DNA of 50,096 nucleotides from a virus (Duplodnaviria; Caudoviricetes): IMG/VR virus record IMGVR_UViG_3300028396_000011, positions 1 to 50,096 of that record; one strand, 5' to 3'. Shown piece by piece: positions 1 to 10,600 of this stretch (position 1 is its first letter; each line of letters starts with the position of its first letter). The notes under the pieces were generated by a model. It saw only the letters and a program-made list of their open reading frames with translations, ran no database searches and was not told where the DNA came from. The position numbers and the translations under genes were made by a program.

Positions 1-195
1 ATTTTTAGCTACCTTAACCGCGCCCTCAGTAGAAACTTTTACATTATTCTTCTTGGTTTCTCCCAGAATAGTTTGCGCCAACTCATTTACAAAGGGTGAT
101 AAAGCTTTGGTAGCTGCTCTAGTCAGACCGCCTACTACGTATCGACTTCTTTCTTCACGATCTTCTTGATCAATAAAAGCATCCCCAGCTTGTGA
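1..195. repeat. Terminal overlap copy 1 (matches 49902-50096 except A127 vs C50028)
   Basis: Direct comparison of the window ends. The repeat lies inside one CDS, so it is an assembly circularisation overlap. Confidence 0.97.
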
Positions 196-3100
196 GTCGT
201 AAGGACGGCCTGTTACTTTATCTATGCGCTCATCAGGTTCACTAGCTGCGCTTTCTACTTCTACAAGGCCACCTTTGTCGTATGGCGCTCTGCGCTTTTT
301 CTTTTCAAAAGATTCCCAAAAATCATCATAATCTTCTTTAATATCTTCGCCCATAATTGGATCTATGGCACCATAAAAAGGCATACGGCCACCTATAATC
401 GGTCCAATTTTTCCGTAACTAAAACCTCTAGCTGCATCGCTTGCTAAAGGCCCAGCTAAGGAAGCTGTGGCAGTAAACGGATTACCTGTTACATCATAAG
501 TTTTTTGAGTTCGTTGAACCATATCTAAAAGAATACCCGCGCCTCCCCATCTTGCTACACCTTCAGCAGCAATTTCAGCTCCGCTTTTGTCTGAAAAAGA
601 ATCTGAATTTCTTACATAATTCAAACCTGTAGCAGCCGCTGTCATAGTTATAGCAGTAGCTAAAGTATTTGCCGCCCCTACAGGATTGTCAGCTAAACCA
701 GCAATTGCACGTACAAACTGTTTTAGAACTTTATTTGTAAAAGCTGTGGGGTAACCTAGTAGCTCTGCAAAAATTGCTTTTTTAGGATCTGACATCCAGA
801 TAGGCTTTATAGCTGCTCGGGGGCTTGTATCTAAAATAACTTCATTTACATATCTACCTGCACCTCTTTTAATATTTTTATAAAAAGGATCTTTAGAATT
901 TATTTCACCGCTATTTCTGTTTAAGTAAGCGATGCCTTGATCTATATCTACATTGAGTTCAGCTAATTGATTTCGTAAATTTTTAATTCTTTTAGAATCT
1001 GGCAAGGCTCCATGATTTTTAATAGCTGTTAAATTCTTGTGTATTAAAGATTTACCTGTGTTATAGCTCGCAAGCTGCACTGTTTTTGTCCAACCGTCCA
1101 ACAAAGTCATTTTAAAAAATGCTCTGTTTGCTTTTTTAAAACCATGCCCTGCTATACTAGAGTCTCCTAAGCGATCAGCTGCGCTAACACTAGCATTTTC
1201 TAACATTAAAAATGACTCTCGCATTTCATGAAATATTTCAGGATCTGAAAGCCCTTGCTTTCCTAGCTTTCTTCGTAGTCCATTAGTCATTAATTCTGTT
1301 CCTTGAGCAAGTGCTTGCCCAAAACCTTTACCCATTTCTTTAGTTCCCGCTTTCTGCATGTTTAAAAGAACTTCAGGTAAACTAGATACTGTGGCAAAAG
1401 CTAAAGTAGACATTCTTATAAGAGTAGCGTAGCCATCACGGGCAAATTGAGCAGCAGGCCCAAAATCTTCTAAACCTTCGCCCGTCATACTTTTGTAAAG
1501 ATCTTGAATATGCTCTTTATCTGTATCAGTAAAGGTATTTTTTACCGCCTCCACTTCCCTTTTAATTGGATCAATAAATTTAGTAGTAAACTCATCTACA
1601 TTATTGACACCAAACACTTTTCTTTTTGAATAAGAATTTGCACTTTGCGTAATGTATTGAAACAAAACATTTTCAATATCATTATCAAGAAAGTCTTCAT
1701 ATTTATTATCGTCTTTAATACTATTAAACTTACGGGCGGTAAAAAAAGAATTGCCTGCTACATGAGAAGCCCCGCTGGGGCCAGCTGTATCGTTTTTCTT
1801 TTTTAACATGCCTTCTATAATAGCCTTGGCTTCGTCCATATTTTCAGCTTCGCCATCTTCTATAAGAAGTTTAGCAAATCTATTTTGACCTTTACCTGCT
1901 AGTTCGGCTCTTTTAGCGTCAGTTACAACTATACGTTGACCATAAAAGTCTTTCATCAAAGCCTTTCTATTCCAAAGACGCGGGAAGTAATCTTCAGGAA
2001 TAACATCTGTTTCAAAACCTAATTCTTCATTTTTAGCAATTACTTGATTTAATACATCGCGTCTAATTAAACTTGCCGCTTTGTTTACATCTTCTGATTG
2101 AGAACGTGACCCACGTAAAGCTCTTACAAGCTCTGTATTTATAATATCTTTTAAACCCCCATGAGAAGCGTCTCGTAGGCTGTGTGTAGCCCTTATTAAA
2201 GGTGCATACAAAGCTCCAGCATAGTCTTTCCAAGTCTCGTTGTAGTCCATGCCGACCTGTCGCGTTTCACTTGTATAAGTTTGATTAGCGTCATAACGCA
2301 TTATTTCAGCTAAGCGAAGAGCAGAAGGAGACTCAGAAAACTTAGTAAGTACTTTTGTAGGTCTTCCAAATAAAACCTTACCATGTAGCGTTTGTGTCTT
2401 CTTTAGCAACATTGCTCTAGCATTGTCTGGAGATATGACACCTCTTTCTACTTGCAATAGAGTGTCAGCTACTTCTGCCTGTGTCTGCTCACTGCCTCCA
2501 ATTTTAGAAGTAAATGCTTGCGCTTTAGCTGTAATAGCTTTAGGAATCTCTACACTACCTGCTTCTTGAGCCACGATAGTCAATTCATCAAGAGCTTTAG
2601 TTACATTTTCAGAAGGAGCATCGGGGCCTTTCTTTCTATTTCTCATGTAGTTGCTAAACGAAGCAATAGCAAACTCTCTGCTTTGCTTAGCTTTGTTCAT
2701 ACCATAGAATACCTCACCCATTTCTTCCATGAGTTCGTCATCTAGATCATCAATGTTAGGAAGATCTCTAGTAGCTTCATAGTCAAATATAACTTCTTCT
2801 AGCTCTAACCTATCTATATCATATTGCTCTGCAATTTTTTCTATGTCTGCATCAGATACAAAGCCGCCATACTTAGTATCTTCCTGCTGGCGCTGTTGAG
2901 CTTCTTTAGAAGCCTGTCGAGACTGCTTAGCATTAAATCGTGCCTGCTTCTGGGCCTGTTCTGGGCTAGGAGCTACGCTCATTAAAAGCTCTTCTACGTC
3001 ATCTTTAAATTCTAGATCTACATTTTTAACTTCTTCTGCTGAAATTTCATTTTGCGTAGGAGTGCCAGTTTCATTTACTAAGTTTAATTCAACTTCTTCT

Positions 3101-3930
3101 TCGTCTACAGAGCGTCTAATGTTAGCATCACCCAACCTACTACGAAATATATTATTATAACCACGCCCAGCAAAAGACAAACCTTTAGCTAACCCCTCTC
3201 CAATTTCAGGAGTGAACCGTCCTAAAGCACCACCTCCTACTGTTCCTAGCGTTGTTGCAGTAATGCTTTGCGCCATGTCAAATTCTTTTTGAATATCGGC
3301 TGCCATATGAACAGCTTGCTCAGAAGCGTTGCCAACACCTGTCCAACCTGCCCCTGCCACTGCTGCTTTTGTCATCATAGCATTACGGCTATTGCTGGCT
3401 GCAAACTGCAAAGCTCTTTTAGCCGCTTCATTACCTACAGCGGCCCGCATAGCTAGAGGTAATTTAGGCCCGCCTACCATCATAGTAGCTACATTTAAAG
3501 GATCTTGAAAAAAATGTTTAGCACCACTAACGACAGATCCAAAATATTCAAAGCCTTCAGGGTCTGTATTTTCCCAATCCTGTAGTATTCTACCGTAAGC
3601 ATCTTTAACTTCTTGCGGTGCCTTTTCAAGCATAGCCGCAGTACCAAAGCCAGAAAAAGTCATAGCATCTTGGCGTAGCCTATCTATAATTTCATCAGAG
3701 GCATAGTCTTCTACATTTCCTGCTACAGCTTTCATGTAATCGTTATCGCCAAACCTATGCTCGAATACAGTTTCTAAATCTTCTGCTCTTGCAGCTTTAA
3801 AATCTGACACAGACATAGTAGTATCTTTAGCAGCCTCTGGTATATCTTTAGATACAGGCGCAGACTGCATGTGATCTGTAAAATCATTAAGATTTGTAAA
3901 GTCTATTTTAGGCTTTGAAATTTCAGTCAT
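1..3930 (-). CDS. N-terminal 1310 aa of a giant internal virion/ejection protein (T7 gp16-like position); continues across the junction to 48522, about 1769 aa in total
   Basis: ATG at 3930 (MTEISKPKIDF...). No stop in any line I read in this frame (most of 1-900 plus spot checks). In frame with ORF 48522-49982 through the overlap. Contains DYFPRLW and LGYPTAF motifs typical of large core proteins. Absent from the ORF track because it runs off the edge. Confidence 0.85.
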   Translation of the reverse strand, partial: MTEISKPKIDFTNLNDFTDHMQSAPVSKDIPEAAKDTTMSVSDFKAARAEDLETVFEHRFGDNDYMKAVAGNVEDYASDEIIDRLRQDAMTFSGFGTAAMLEKAPQEVKDAYGRILQDWENTDPEGFEYFGSVVSGAKHFFQDPLNVATMMVGGPKLPLAMRAAVGNEAAKRALQFAASNSRNAMMTKAAVAGAGWTGVGNASEQAVHMAADIQKEFDMAQSITATTLGTVGGGALGRFTPEIGEGLAKGLSFAGRGYNNIFRSRLGDANIRRSVDEEEVELNLVNETGTPTQNEISAEEVKNVDLEFKDDVEELLMSVAPSPEQAQKQARFNAKQSRQASKEAQQRQQEDTKYGGFVSDADIEKIAEQYDIDRLELEEVIFDYEATRDLPNIDDLDDELMEEMGEVFYGMNKAKQSREFAIASFSNYMRNRKKGPDAPSENVTKALDELTIVAQEAGSVEIPKAITAKAQAFTSKIGGSEQTQAEVADTLLQVERGVISPDNARAMLLKKTQTLHGKVLFGRPTKVLTKFSESPSALRLAEIMRYDANQTYTSETRQVGMDYNETWKDYAGALYAPLIRATHSLRDASHGGLKDIINTELVRALRGSRSQSEDVNKAASLIRRDVLNQVIAKNEELGFETDVIPEDYFPRLWNRKALMKDFYGQRIVVTDAKRAELAGKGQNRFAKLLIEDGEAENMDEAKAIIEGMLKKKNDTAGPSGASHVAGNSFFTARKFNSIKDDNKYEDFLDNDIENVLFQYITQSANSYSKRKVFGVNNVDEFTTKFIDPIKREVEAVKNTFTDTDKEHIQDLYKSMTGEGLEDFGPAAQFARDGYATLIRMSTLAFATVSSLPEVLLNMQKAGTKEMGKGFGQALAQGTELMTNGLRRKLGKQGLSDPEIFHEMRESFLMLENASVSAADRLGDSSIAGHGFKKANRAFFKMTLLDGWTKTVQLASYNTGKSLIHKNLTAIKNHGALPDSKRIKNLRNQLAELNVDIDQGIAYLNRNSGEINSKDPFYKNIKRGAGRYVNEVILDTSPRAAIKPIWMSDPKKAIFAELLGYPTAFTNKVLKQFVRAIAGLADNPVGAANTLATAITMTAAATGLNYVRNSDSFSDKSGAEIAAEGVARWGGAGILLDMVQRTQKTYDVTGNPFTATASLAGPLASDAARGFSYGKIGPIIGGRMPFYGAIDPIMGEDIKEDYDDFWESFEKKKRRAPYDKGGLVEVESAASEPDERIDKVTGRPYDSQAGDAFIDQEDREERSRYVVGGLTRAATKALSPFVNELAQTILGETKKNNVKVSTEGAVKVAKN

Positions 3931-3935
3931 TTAAA

Positions 3936-5648
3936 TTAGTCCTGAATAGATTGAAGAAGCTGATATACAGAATACGAGTTGCCTGACTTATCGCTAATTA
4001 AAGGTTTAAATAAATGATTGTATGCTGGATCGTCTTGATAGCCATTAAAGCTTTGTAAGTACGCAGTTAAAGTTTTTTTGTCGCTTTGCAAATTATTTAA
4101 CTCTTCCATTAAAGCTTCGCTTTTAACAACACCTGCTATATAAGCTGAGTCTACACGGGCAGCATTAGATTTTTTAATACTACCAAGAGCTTCTAAAATT
4201 TCTAGAGTTGTAGGCTCTGCCTTTTTAACACTAAGGCTAAAATCAAAATCATCTGCTTCAAAAAAATCAGGAGCCACACTTTTATCTACCATTCTAGCCA
4301 TATCATTAAGAACAATATGCTGACTAATTGTTTGAGATAAGGTAGCAGAATTATTTTTGTAGCCGTCTGTTTTTGTATTAAATTTAATAACTGAAGAGTC
4401 CGCAACCATATCAGCGTAAGCCGCAGTAAATGTTTTAGCTGCTAAATCTTCGTTATCTACATTTATATCTCGTAGAACATATTCAGCATAGGCATCACTA
4501 AACCCGTTAAAATCAGAGTCATGTCCGCTTTGAAAAACACCTAGCTGGTGTCTGAAATCTTGAGCAGTCGCTTCCGCTTCTGCTGGAGTAACTGATGCGG
4601 CCCTTAATGGATCTAAACGTACAGGAGTATCCGTCACGATAGGATCACTTACAGGATTGTCATACGGATCTAACTGTACTTCAGTTTTTCTATTATAAAC
4701 AATACCACCTATTGTTACTTGAGTAGTTGTAACTTTTGGTGTTGTTTGAGTTTTTAAATCTGTAGATGTTTCATCGGGTACAAAAGTTTCTTTTTCTCGA
4801 CCCCATCCATCTTTTTTAAGAACACGCCTACCTGTCACAGTATTTTGTTTGCCATTAATGTAAACAGTTTGTGTATCTGCTTTTTCACTGACAACTTCAT
4901 AATCATTATCAGAAGCTTTAAAAGACTCCATAGACTTAGCAATCTTCTGGGCATCCTGCACAGGCACCCCTCTTGCCAAGGCGGATTGCGCGGCTGCTAA
5001 GGCATCTACGTCTCTTATATAACGACTGTTAATAATGCTATTAGCTGCGTCTGCTCTCAACGCCCCTCCTGACTTACCTCTAAAGAATCCTGCAACGCCT
5101 TGCGCCACAGATCCTAAAGGAGTATCGGCAATCCCGTCATTAATTTTAATAAACTTTTCAAAAGCTGTAGAGTCATTACCTACAGACATGGCAGCTTGCG
5201 TAGCTTCATTAAATAAAGTTTTATTCTTTTTAGCTAGTTCTGTAGCCTGCGTGTACACATATTGATCAAAACCATCTTTTGTATATGACTGCTCATCAAC
5301 ATTCATTTTTAATTGTTTTTCAAGCAAAGGAATGTATTGATCTCGCAAATAACCTTCTACGCCTTGAGCATGGGCTTGAGCTTTTTTATTATTATCCAAG
5401 TGCGTAATACTTTGCTGTACTCCCGCATTGTATTTAGCTCTTGCTGCCATGATGGGTTCTTGTTGCATAAACTGAAGGGCTTTTCTTTCACTATTAGTCT
5501 GAGCAATAGAGCCTAAAAGCTTACCGCCCATCTGCAAGTAGCCTTCTATCTTTTGATCTTTTCTACGTCTTCTTGCAGCTTTATCACGCTCTTCTCGGTT
5601 AGTGCGTTGTGTCGCAAGGAGGGATTCTCCTAAATCTTCAATAGCCAT
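3936..5648 (-). CDS. Putative internal virion/ejection protein (570 aa)
   Basis: Long, predominantly helical-looking ORF in the ejection-protein block, tightly coupled to its neighbours. Confidence 0.6.
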   Translation of the reverse strand: MAIEDLGESLLATQRTNREERDKAARRRRKDQKIEGYLQMGGKLLGSIAQTNSERKALQFMQQEPIMAARAKYNAGVQQSITHLDNNKKAQAHAQGVEGYLRDQYIPLLEKQLKMNVDEQSYTKDGFDQYVYTQATELAKKNKTLFNEATQAAMSVGNDSTAFEKFIKINDGIADTPLGSVAQGVAGFFRGKSGGALRADAANSIINSRYIRDVDALAAAQSALARGVPVQDAQKIAKSMESFKASDNDYEVVSEKADTQTVYINGKQNTVTGRRVLKKDGWGREKETFVPDETSTDLKTQTTPKVTTTQVTIGGIVYNRKTEVQLDPYDNPVSDPIVTDTPVRLDPLRAASVTPAEAEATAQDFRHQLGVFQSGHDSDFNGFSDAYAEYVLRDINVDNEDLAAKTFTAAYADMVADSSVIKFNTKTDGYKNNSATLSQTISQHIVLNDMARMVDKSVAPDFFEADDFDFSLSVKKAEPTTLEILEALGSIKKSNAARVDSAYIAGVVKSEALMEELNNLQSDKKTLTAYLQSFNGYQDDPAYNHLFKPLISDKSGNSYSVYQLLQSIQD

Positions 5649-6209
5649 TTACTGCTCCATACTCAATAGACTTGGTGTCTCGGGTTGCGCTTCAGGCGGC
5701 CCTTCAGGGGGCGGTTTCATTTCTTGTATACGCTCTTCTATTTCTTGAGGCAAAGGTATGTTACTTGTCTGCTGTGCTTCTTGTAGTCTTTGAAGGACTT
5801 CGTAGTCTGCACTGTGTCCATCTAGTTCTTCTTCTTCACCGTCTATACCATCAATACTGAAATCAACATCTGCTCTTTCGCAAAGGGCCATAAAAATATA
5901 TACAGTAGGCTCAATCAATAGCACCATAAGATCAGGATTTATTTTACCATTGTTATACATTTGGAACAAAAGAACTTTGGTTATTTCCATAAGAGAAGTA
6001 CCATTAGCAATCACTTCCATGAACTGCATGTAGTTTTCTTCTTCTGTTATTTTTTCAAATATAAAGTTTGTAGCCGCATTAATTGTTGTAAACTCAGGCG
6101 GCTTTTCAAATGGTAGGGGAGTGTCTGGATCGTTAGCCAAAGATTCTCCGGGTACTGATCTAGACATCCTAGCTTTTATAAGATCTGTATTAATTTCTGG
6201 CATACTCAT
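5649..6209 (-). CDS. Hypothetical phage protein (186 aa)
   Basis: ORF abuts both neighbours; VPGESL..DP...PFEKPP motif; acidic, Pro-rich C-terminus. Confidence 0.7.
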   Translation of the reverse strand: MSMPEINTDLIKARMSRSVPGESLANDPDTPLPFEKPPEFTTINAATNFIFEKITEEENYMQFMEVIANGTSLMEITKVLLFQMYNNGKINPDLMVLLIEPTVYIFMALCERADVDFSIDGIDGEEEELDGHSADYEVLQRLQEAQQTSNIPLPQEIEERIQEMKPPPEGPPEAQPETPSLLSMEQ

Positions 6210-6212
6210 AAT

Positions 6213-7655
6213 TTATCTCCCATATCCTACTGCGCCGGGAAAGGCCATCGTAGGGCTTTGATGCATCAGTCCTTGATTTAAAAAGTCCATAGAAACTGCA
6301 CCTGCGCCATAGTTTCCTGCGTTTAGAACTGAAGTCATGTCTACAGAAGCAAAGTCAAATTGAGGCAGGATATCTGCTATGTAACCTCTTCCTCCACCAG
6401 ACATTTCTATTTCTTCAGGTGTGGCAAATGTCCCAGCTACACTTTGCAACATAGGAAGTCCTACAGAAATAGGATCATCAATAGCTGCGCTTACGCTCCT
6501 ATTAACGCCTGCCATGCCCCGCTCAAACAAAGAAGGCTTTGCTGCTTCTCCAGCTATGCCTGCTACATCAGTAACCTTGCCAGTGTTTAAAAGACCTCTT
6601 TCAAAGTCTGTTGTGCCGGGAGCATACTGAGGTTGAGAAGGCATAATGTATTGATTAGCATCTGCAAAGTCAAGAGGCTTACCTACTATTTCTTCTACAG
6701 GACTTAACAAACTTTGAGTAGCTTTTTCATAAGACAAACCGCTATAATCAACATCAGCTACAGTCGGAATAGGCTTGTAAGCTGCTAAAGTAGTTTGACT
6801 TTGATCCAAGACAGCTTGACTAGCATCTAAAGCGCCTCCTGTAAAATCTGATAAACCCTCTCCCGTAGGCTTAAAGTTTAAGTTCAACTCTCCGGGCTTG
6901 TACCCTGTCTCTGGAACTTTTAAAATATCTTCAAACTCTAAAGGATCTGCTGCTGGATTAAACCCTGCAATAGTTGCTTGGGCATTAGCTTGGATAGCTT
7001 TTATATTAGGACTAATTTTACTAAAATCTAAGTTTAAATTTTGCCCTGTGTTAGCTAAGTTGCTAAAAGTATTTTCATTTAAAACTGTATTTGGATTTAA
7101 GTTTTGTAAATTTTCTACGGACAAACCTGTAGAGCTACTAAGCTTATCGAGTGTCATACCTTTAGATAAAGTAATATTGTCTCGGAAAGGATTCATTATA
7201 TTACCCGCATCCATCTTAATTCCTTCCATCACACTATCAGCACCAAAAAAGTTTGCCTTGGCACTACTAATTTCTATACCGGGAAGTTTGTTTAATGCAG
7301 TTTTACCGAACTCCATGATGCCACTGGTCACAGTTTTAAAAGCGTTAACACCTGTCTGCACAAAGCCGTGGGCACCTTTCAATACAGTACCTACGCCTTT
7401 TACAACACTGCCTAAAGCAGAGCCTTGCAGCCCCGCAAACTTACCAGTAAGACTAGCCATTTTACCTGCCATTCCTCCTAAGCCTTTCATTAAGGCTCCT
7501 CCTATCCCCGGAAGAATAAACATCATAGCTAGTTGACCAACTATGCCAATCTTACCCATGAATTTACCAAATTTCTTAAAGCCTTTCTTGATTGCTCTAC
7601 CAATCTTTTTAAAGACCTTACCAATACCTTTAAATATTTTTTTAAAAAAACTCAT
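6213..7655 (-). CDS. Putative DNA pilot/ejection protein with an amphipathic basic N-terminus and a degenerate LysM-like segment
   Basis: MSFFKKIFKGIGKVFKKIG..., then a Gly-rich hydrophobic stretch; KGMTLDKLSSSTGLSVENLQNLNP resembles LysM. Confidence 0.65.
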   Translation of the reverse strand: MSFFKKIFKGIGKVFKKIGRAIKKGFKKFGKFMGKIGIVGQLAMMFILPGIGGALMKGLGGMAGKMASLTGKFAGLQGSALGSVVKGVGTVLKGAHGFVQTGVNAFKTVTSGIMEFGKTALNKLPGIEISSAKANFFGADSVMEGIKMDAGNIMNPFRDNITLSKGMTLDKLSSSTGLSVENLQNLNPNTVLNENTFSNLANTGQNLNLDFSKISPNIKAIQANAQATIAGFNPAADPLEFEDILKVPETGYKPGELNLNFKPTGEGLSDFTGGALDASQAVLDQSQTTLAAYKPIPTVADVDYSGLSYEKATQSLLSPVEEIVGKPLDFADANQYIMPSQPQYAPGTTDFERGLLNTGKVTDVAGIAGEAAKPSLFERGMAGVNRSVSAAIDDPISVGLPMLQSVAGTFATPEEIEMSGGGRGYIADILPQFDFASVDMTSVLNAGNYGAGAVSMDFLNQGLMHQSPTMAFPGAVGYGR

Positions 7656-10600
7656 TATGTAATCCCATTAATAAGAGTGAATAATCTGTCTACATTGGTA
7701 GACTTTTCTGCGCCGCCTGTAGCTCCCTCGTTAGCCAAGGCTGTAGCGTACAGGGTAGTTTTTCTTTGCTGTTCGTTTTCAAAAGCAGTTCTTACATAGG
7801 TTGCATCATCTCGTAAGTTCTGCCACAAAAAAGCCATTTCAGCAGAGTCCATTTGAAATACTTGTTGAGCATTTAACATATTAGAAGCATTTTGTGCTGC
7901 CGTATCAATTGTATTTGATTTTCTACGCCATTCGATATTAGACTGCTCTACAGCCTGAGCATTAGCAGCATTCCATGTGTCCCTTTGAAGATCCATATTC
8001 TCATTAAATTGATCTGCTGTAAGTTTTAAACTTGCATTATGCTTAGACACATCTGTAACATTTTGAGCATTAATAGCTTTAAGCCTATTTATTTCTGAAG
8101 TATTAAATTGTGTCATTGCGTTTTGTTGACTAGCATTGAACTGACGCATTGCTGCTTCTGTAGAAGTTAAAAACTGATTTACTTGATTTTTAGAAGTCGC
8201 ATTAAATTGTTTTTCAGCATTTATGGCGGCTTGATCCGACAATATACGTTGTTGTTTAGCTTGTTGATCAAACATGATAGCTTGCTGCTCATTATTTAAA
8301 TTAGCCATATCCATAGACAAAAAACTTTGAGCATTTGTAATTGCTACTTTTGTTCTTTGATCTACCGCTGCCATATCTAAACTTGCAAGAGCCGTAGCGT
8401 TTTGAAGCATAGCTTGTTGTTCGTTACTCAAATCTGCAAGTACAAGAGTTTGCATAGCTTTACTATTAGCTAACTCAACTTGTTGTGCTGCATTAAACTT
8501 TGTAAGATCTATATTAGCAACTGTAGAAGCATGTTGAATAGCTTGTTGCTGATCTACATTAAGCTGAGCCTGATTCATTTCGGCAGCAATTTTGCCTTGT
8601 AACAAATTAGTTTGCAGTCGAGAATTTAAATCTGCTAATTCTGTCTGTTGTGCAGCACTAAGATTTTCAGACGCATTTTGATTTCTAGAAGACAGATTAG
8701 CTAAACGCATTTGCTGATCATTAGAAAGATTAGCAAGCTCCATCTGCTGCTTAAACCCTGCATTCTTTACAAGAAAATCAGCAGCTATCTGCATATCTAC
8801 AAGCCGCTTTTGATTGTAAGCAGTCATGTTTTCACGGGCAGTAGCGTCTTCGTACTTCATTTCAGCCAGTTCTATCTGCTGCTCGTTACCAAGCTCCATA
8901 GCATTTATAGCTTGTTGATTTTGAGAACGTAACACTGCTGACTGCTGCTCATTTGCAAGATTTTGAGTACGTGTTTGCTGCTGTTGCTGCGCGGAAGTTA
9001 GTACAGCTTGTTGATCAAAGTTACTTTGTAAGACTCCCATTTGCTGTGCCATCTGAGCAGTTTGTGAAGCTGCTGTTTGCTTGTTGGCTAAGTTAGCCAT
9101 GCGTCTTTGCATGTCTTGTGTAGACTGCGTAAGATTGGCTTGCTGCTCATTAGAAAGGTTCTGCGCTGCACGTTGCTGGAGGGCCTGTGCGTTGCTTTGA
9201 GCCATTGGTAAGGCACTTTGTATGATTGCATTAAACAACGCATCACGCCCCACTGTGGAGGCCGACAGGCCCCTTTGAGCAAGTTTCTGCTCTACAGCTG
9301 ATATTGCTGGCTTAGCCCATGCAGGAGTTTCACCGTCTTCTAACCCACCCAAAAGCGAATCCATTTGCGAAGATACAAGAGCTTCTGTAGGTAAAGCTGC
9401 TACAGCGGCTCGAACTTCCACAGGTTGCTCATCAATTTGTGCTTCAACAGTAGCTGGATCTTCTACAATAGCTGCTGTAATATCAGAAGGAATACCAGAA
9501 GTTTGTGCAATCATTTCGGCTGCCGCACCTTTCGCGGCTGTCCCAGTTACTGTGCGTCTTTGTGCAGCTTGAAAGCCTACTACGTCAGTGATAGCCGCCG
9601 CATCCCCAGCAGGAGCAGGCTCTCCTAGAATTTCTGTTCTTTGTTTTTCTTCAGCCGCTTTTGTAGAAGATACTTGAGTTTCTGAACCTGTCACGTCCCT
9701 TGCGAAAGTTCGTGAATCAATAGTGAACTGAGCTTCTTTAGCTAAAGTACTACTTTTTTGATCGGCAGTAGTTGTCACACCTTCCGCTTTTTCAGTAAGC
9801 TCTCTAATTTCATCAGGGTCTGCGATAGACTCTGCACTTAAATCACCTATAGCTGAAATTGTAGGGTCTAAGTCAACTGCCTTTGCCGCTGTGTATTCGG
9901 CTGGCTCAAAAGTAGTTACACTTTCTGCCTGAGCAGTTCCGGGAGCAAGTGTTGTCGTAGCTGTTCCTGCTATAGCTTTTTCTCTTGAAATAGCAGTGGC
10001 ATCATCTAGCTTTTCAGTTTTAGTGCTCAGACCTGCTTTAAGTTTAGTAGTATCGGGATCTGTTTCTTTTACATCAGAAACAGCTAACTTTTTTACTGTA
10101 GCAGAATTAACTGTTGGCTTTTCAGGAGAAGTTATTTGAGGACGAGGAATGCTTTTAACAAAATCCTCTACATTTGTTTTGTTATTAGCCATATTATTTC
10201 CTTGTTGCCCTGTCTGCCCTATACTGCTATAAATATCTTCAGGAAGTCCACTGCCGTTATTTTCTGTTATATTAAGATTTCTAGCATTTTCACCTTGCCT
10301 AGCTTTCCAAGCATTGTGAGCATTTTTGTATGCATTCTGACCACCGACGTTTCCTTTATAATCAGATCTTTTAGGCTCTGGATCAACATTACTAGTTGTT
10401 GTATTAGTCGATGTCGGAGTAGTAGTAGTAGTAGATGTACCACTGTTTGTCACAGAAACTTTTCCATATTTAGCTACTCTTTCAGCTTCGAGTCGAGCCG
10501 CTTCTGCTGCTTGTTCAGCGGCAAGTTTGTCCTCTTTTTCTTTAGCAGCTTTTTCTGCGGCTTCTCTAGCCGCTTTTTGTTCGGCAGTTTCTTGCAGCTG

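Noticed and set aside
1-195. Overlap as a biological direct terminal repeat
   Set aside because: It falls in the middle of a CDS, which fits an assembly circularisation overlap better.
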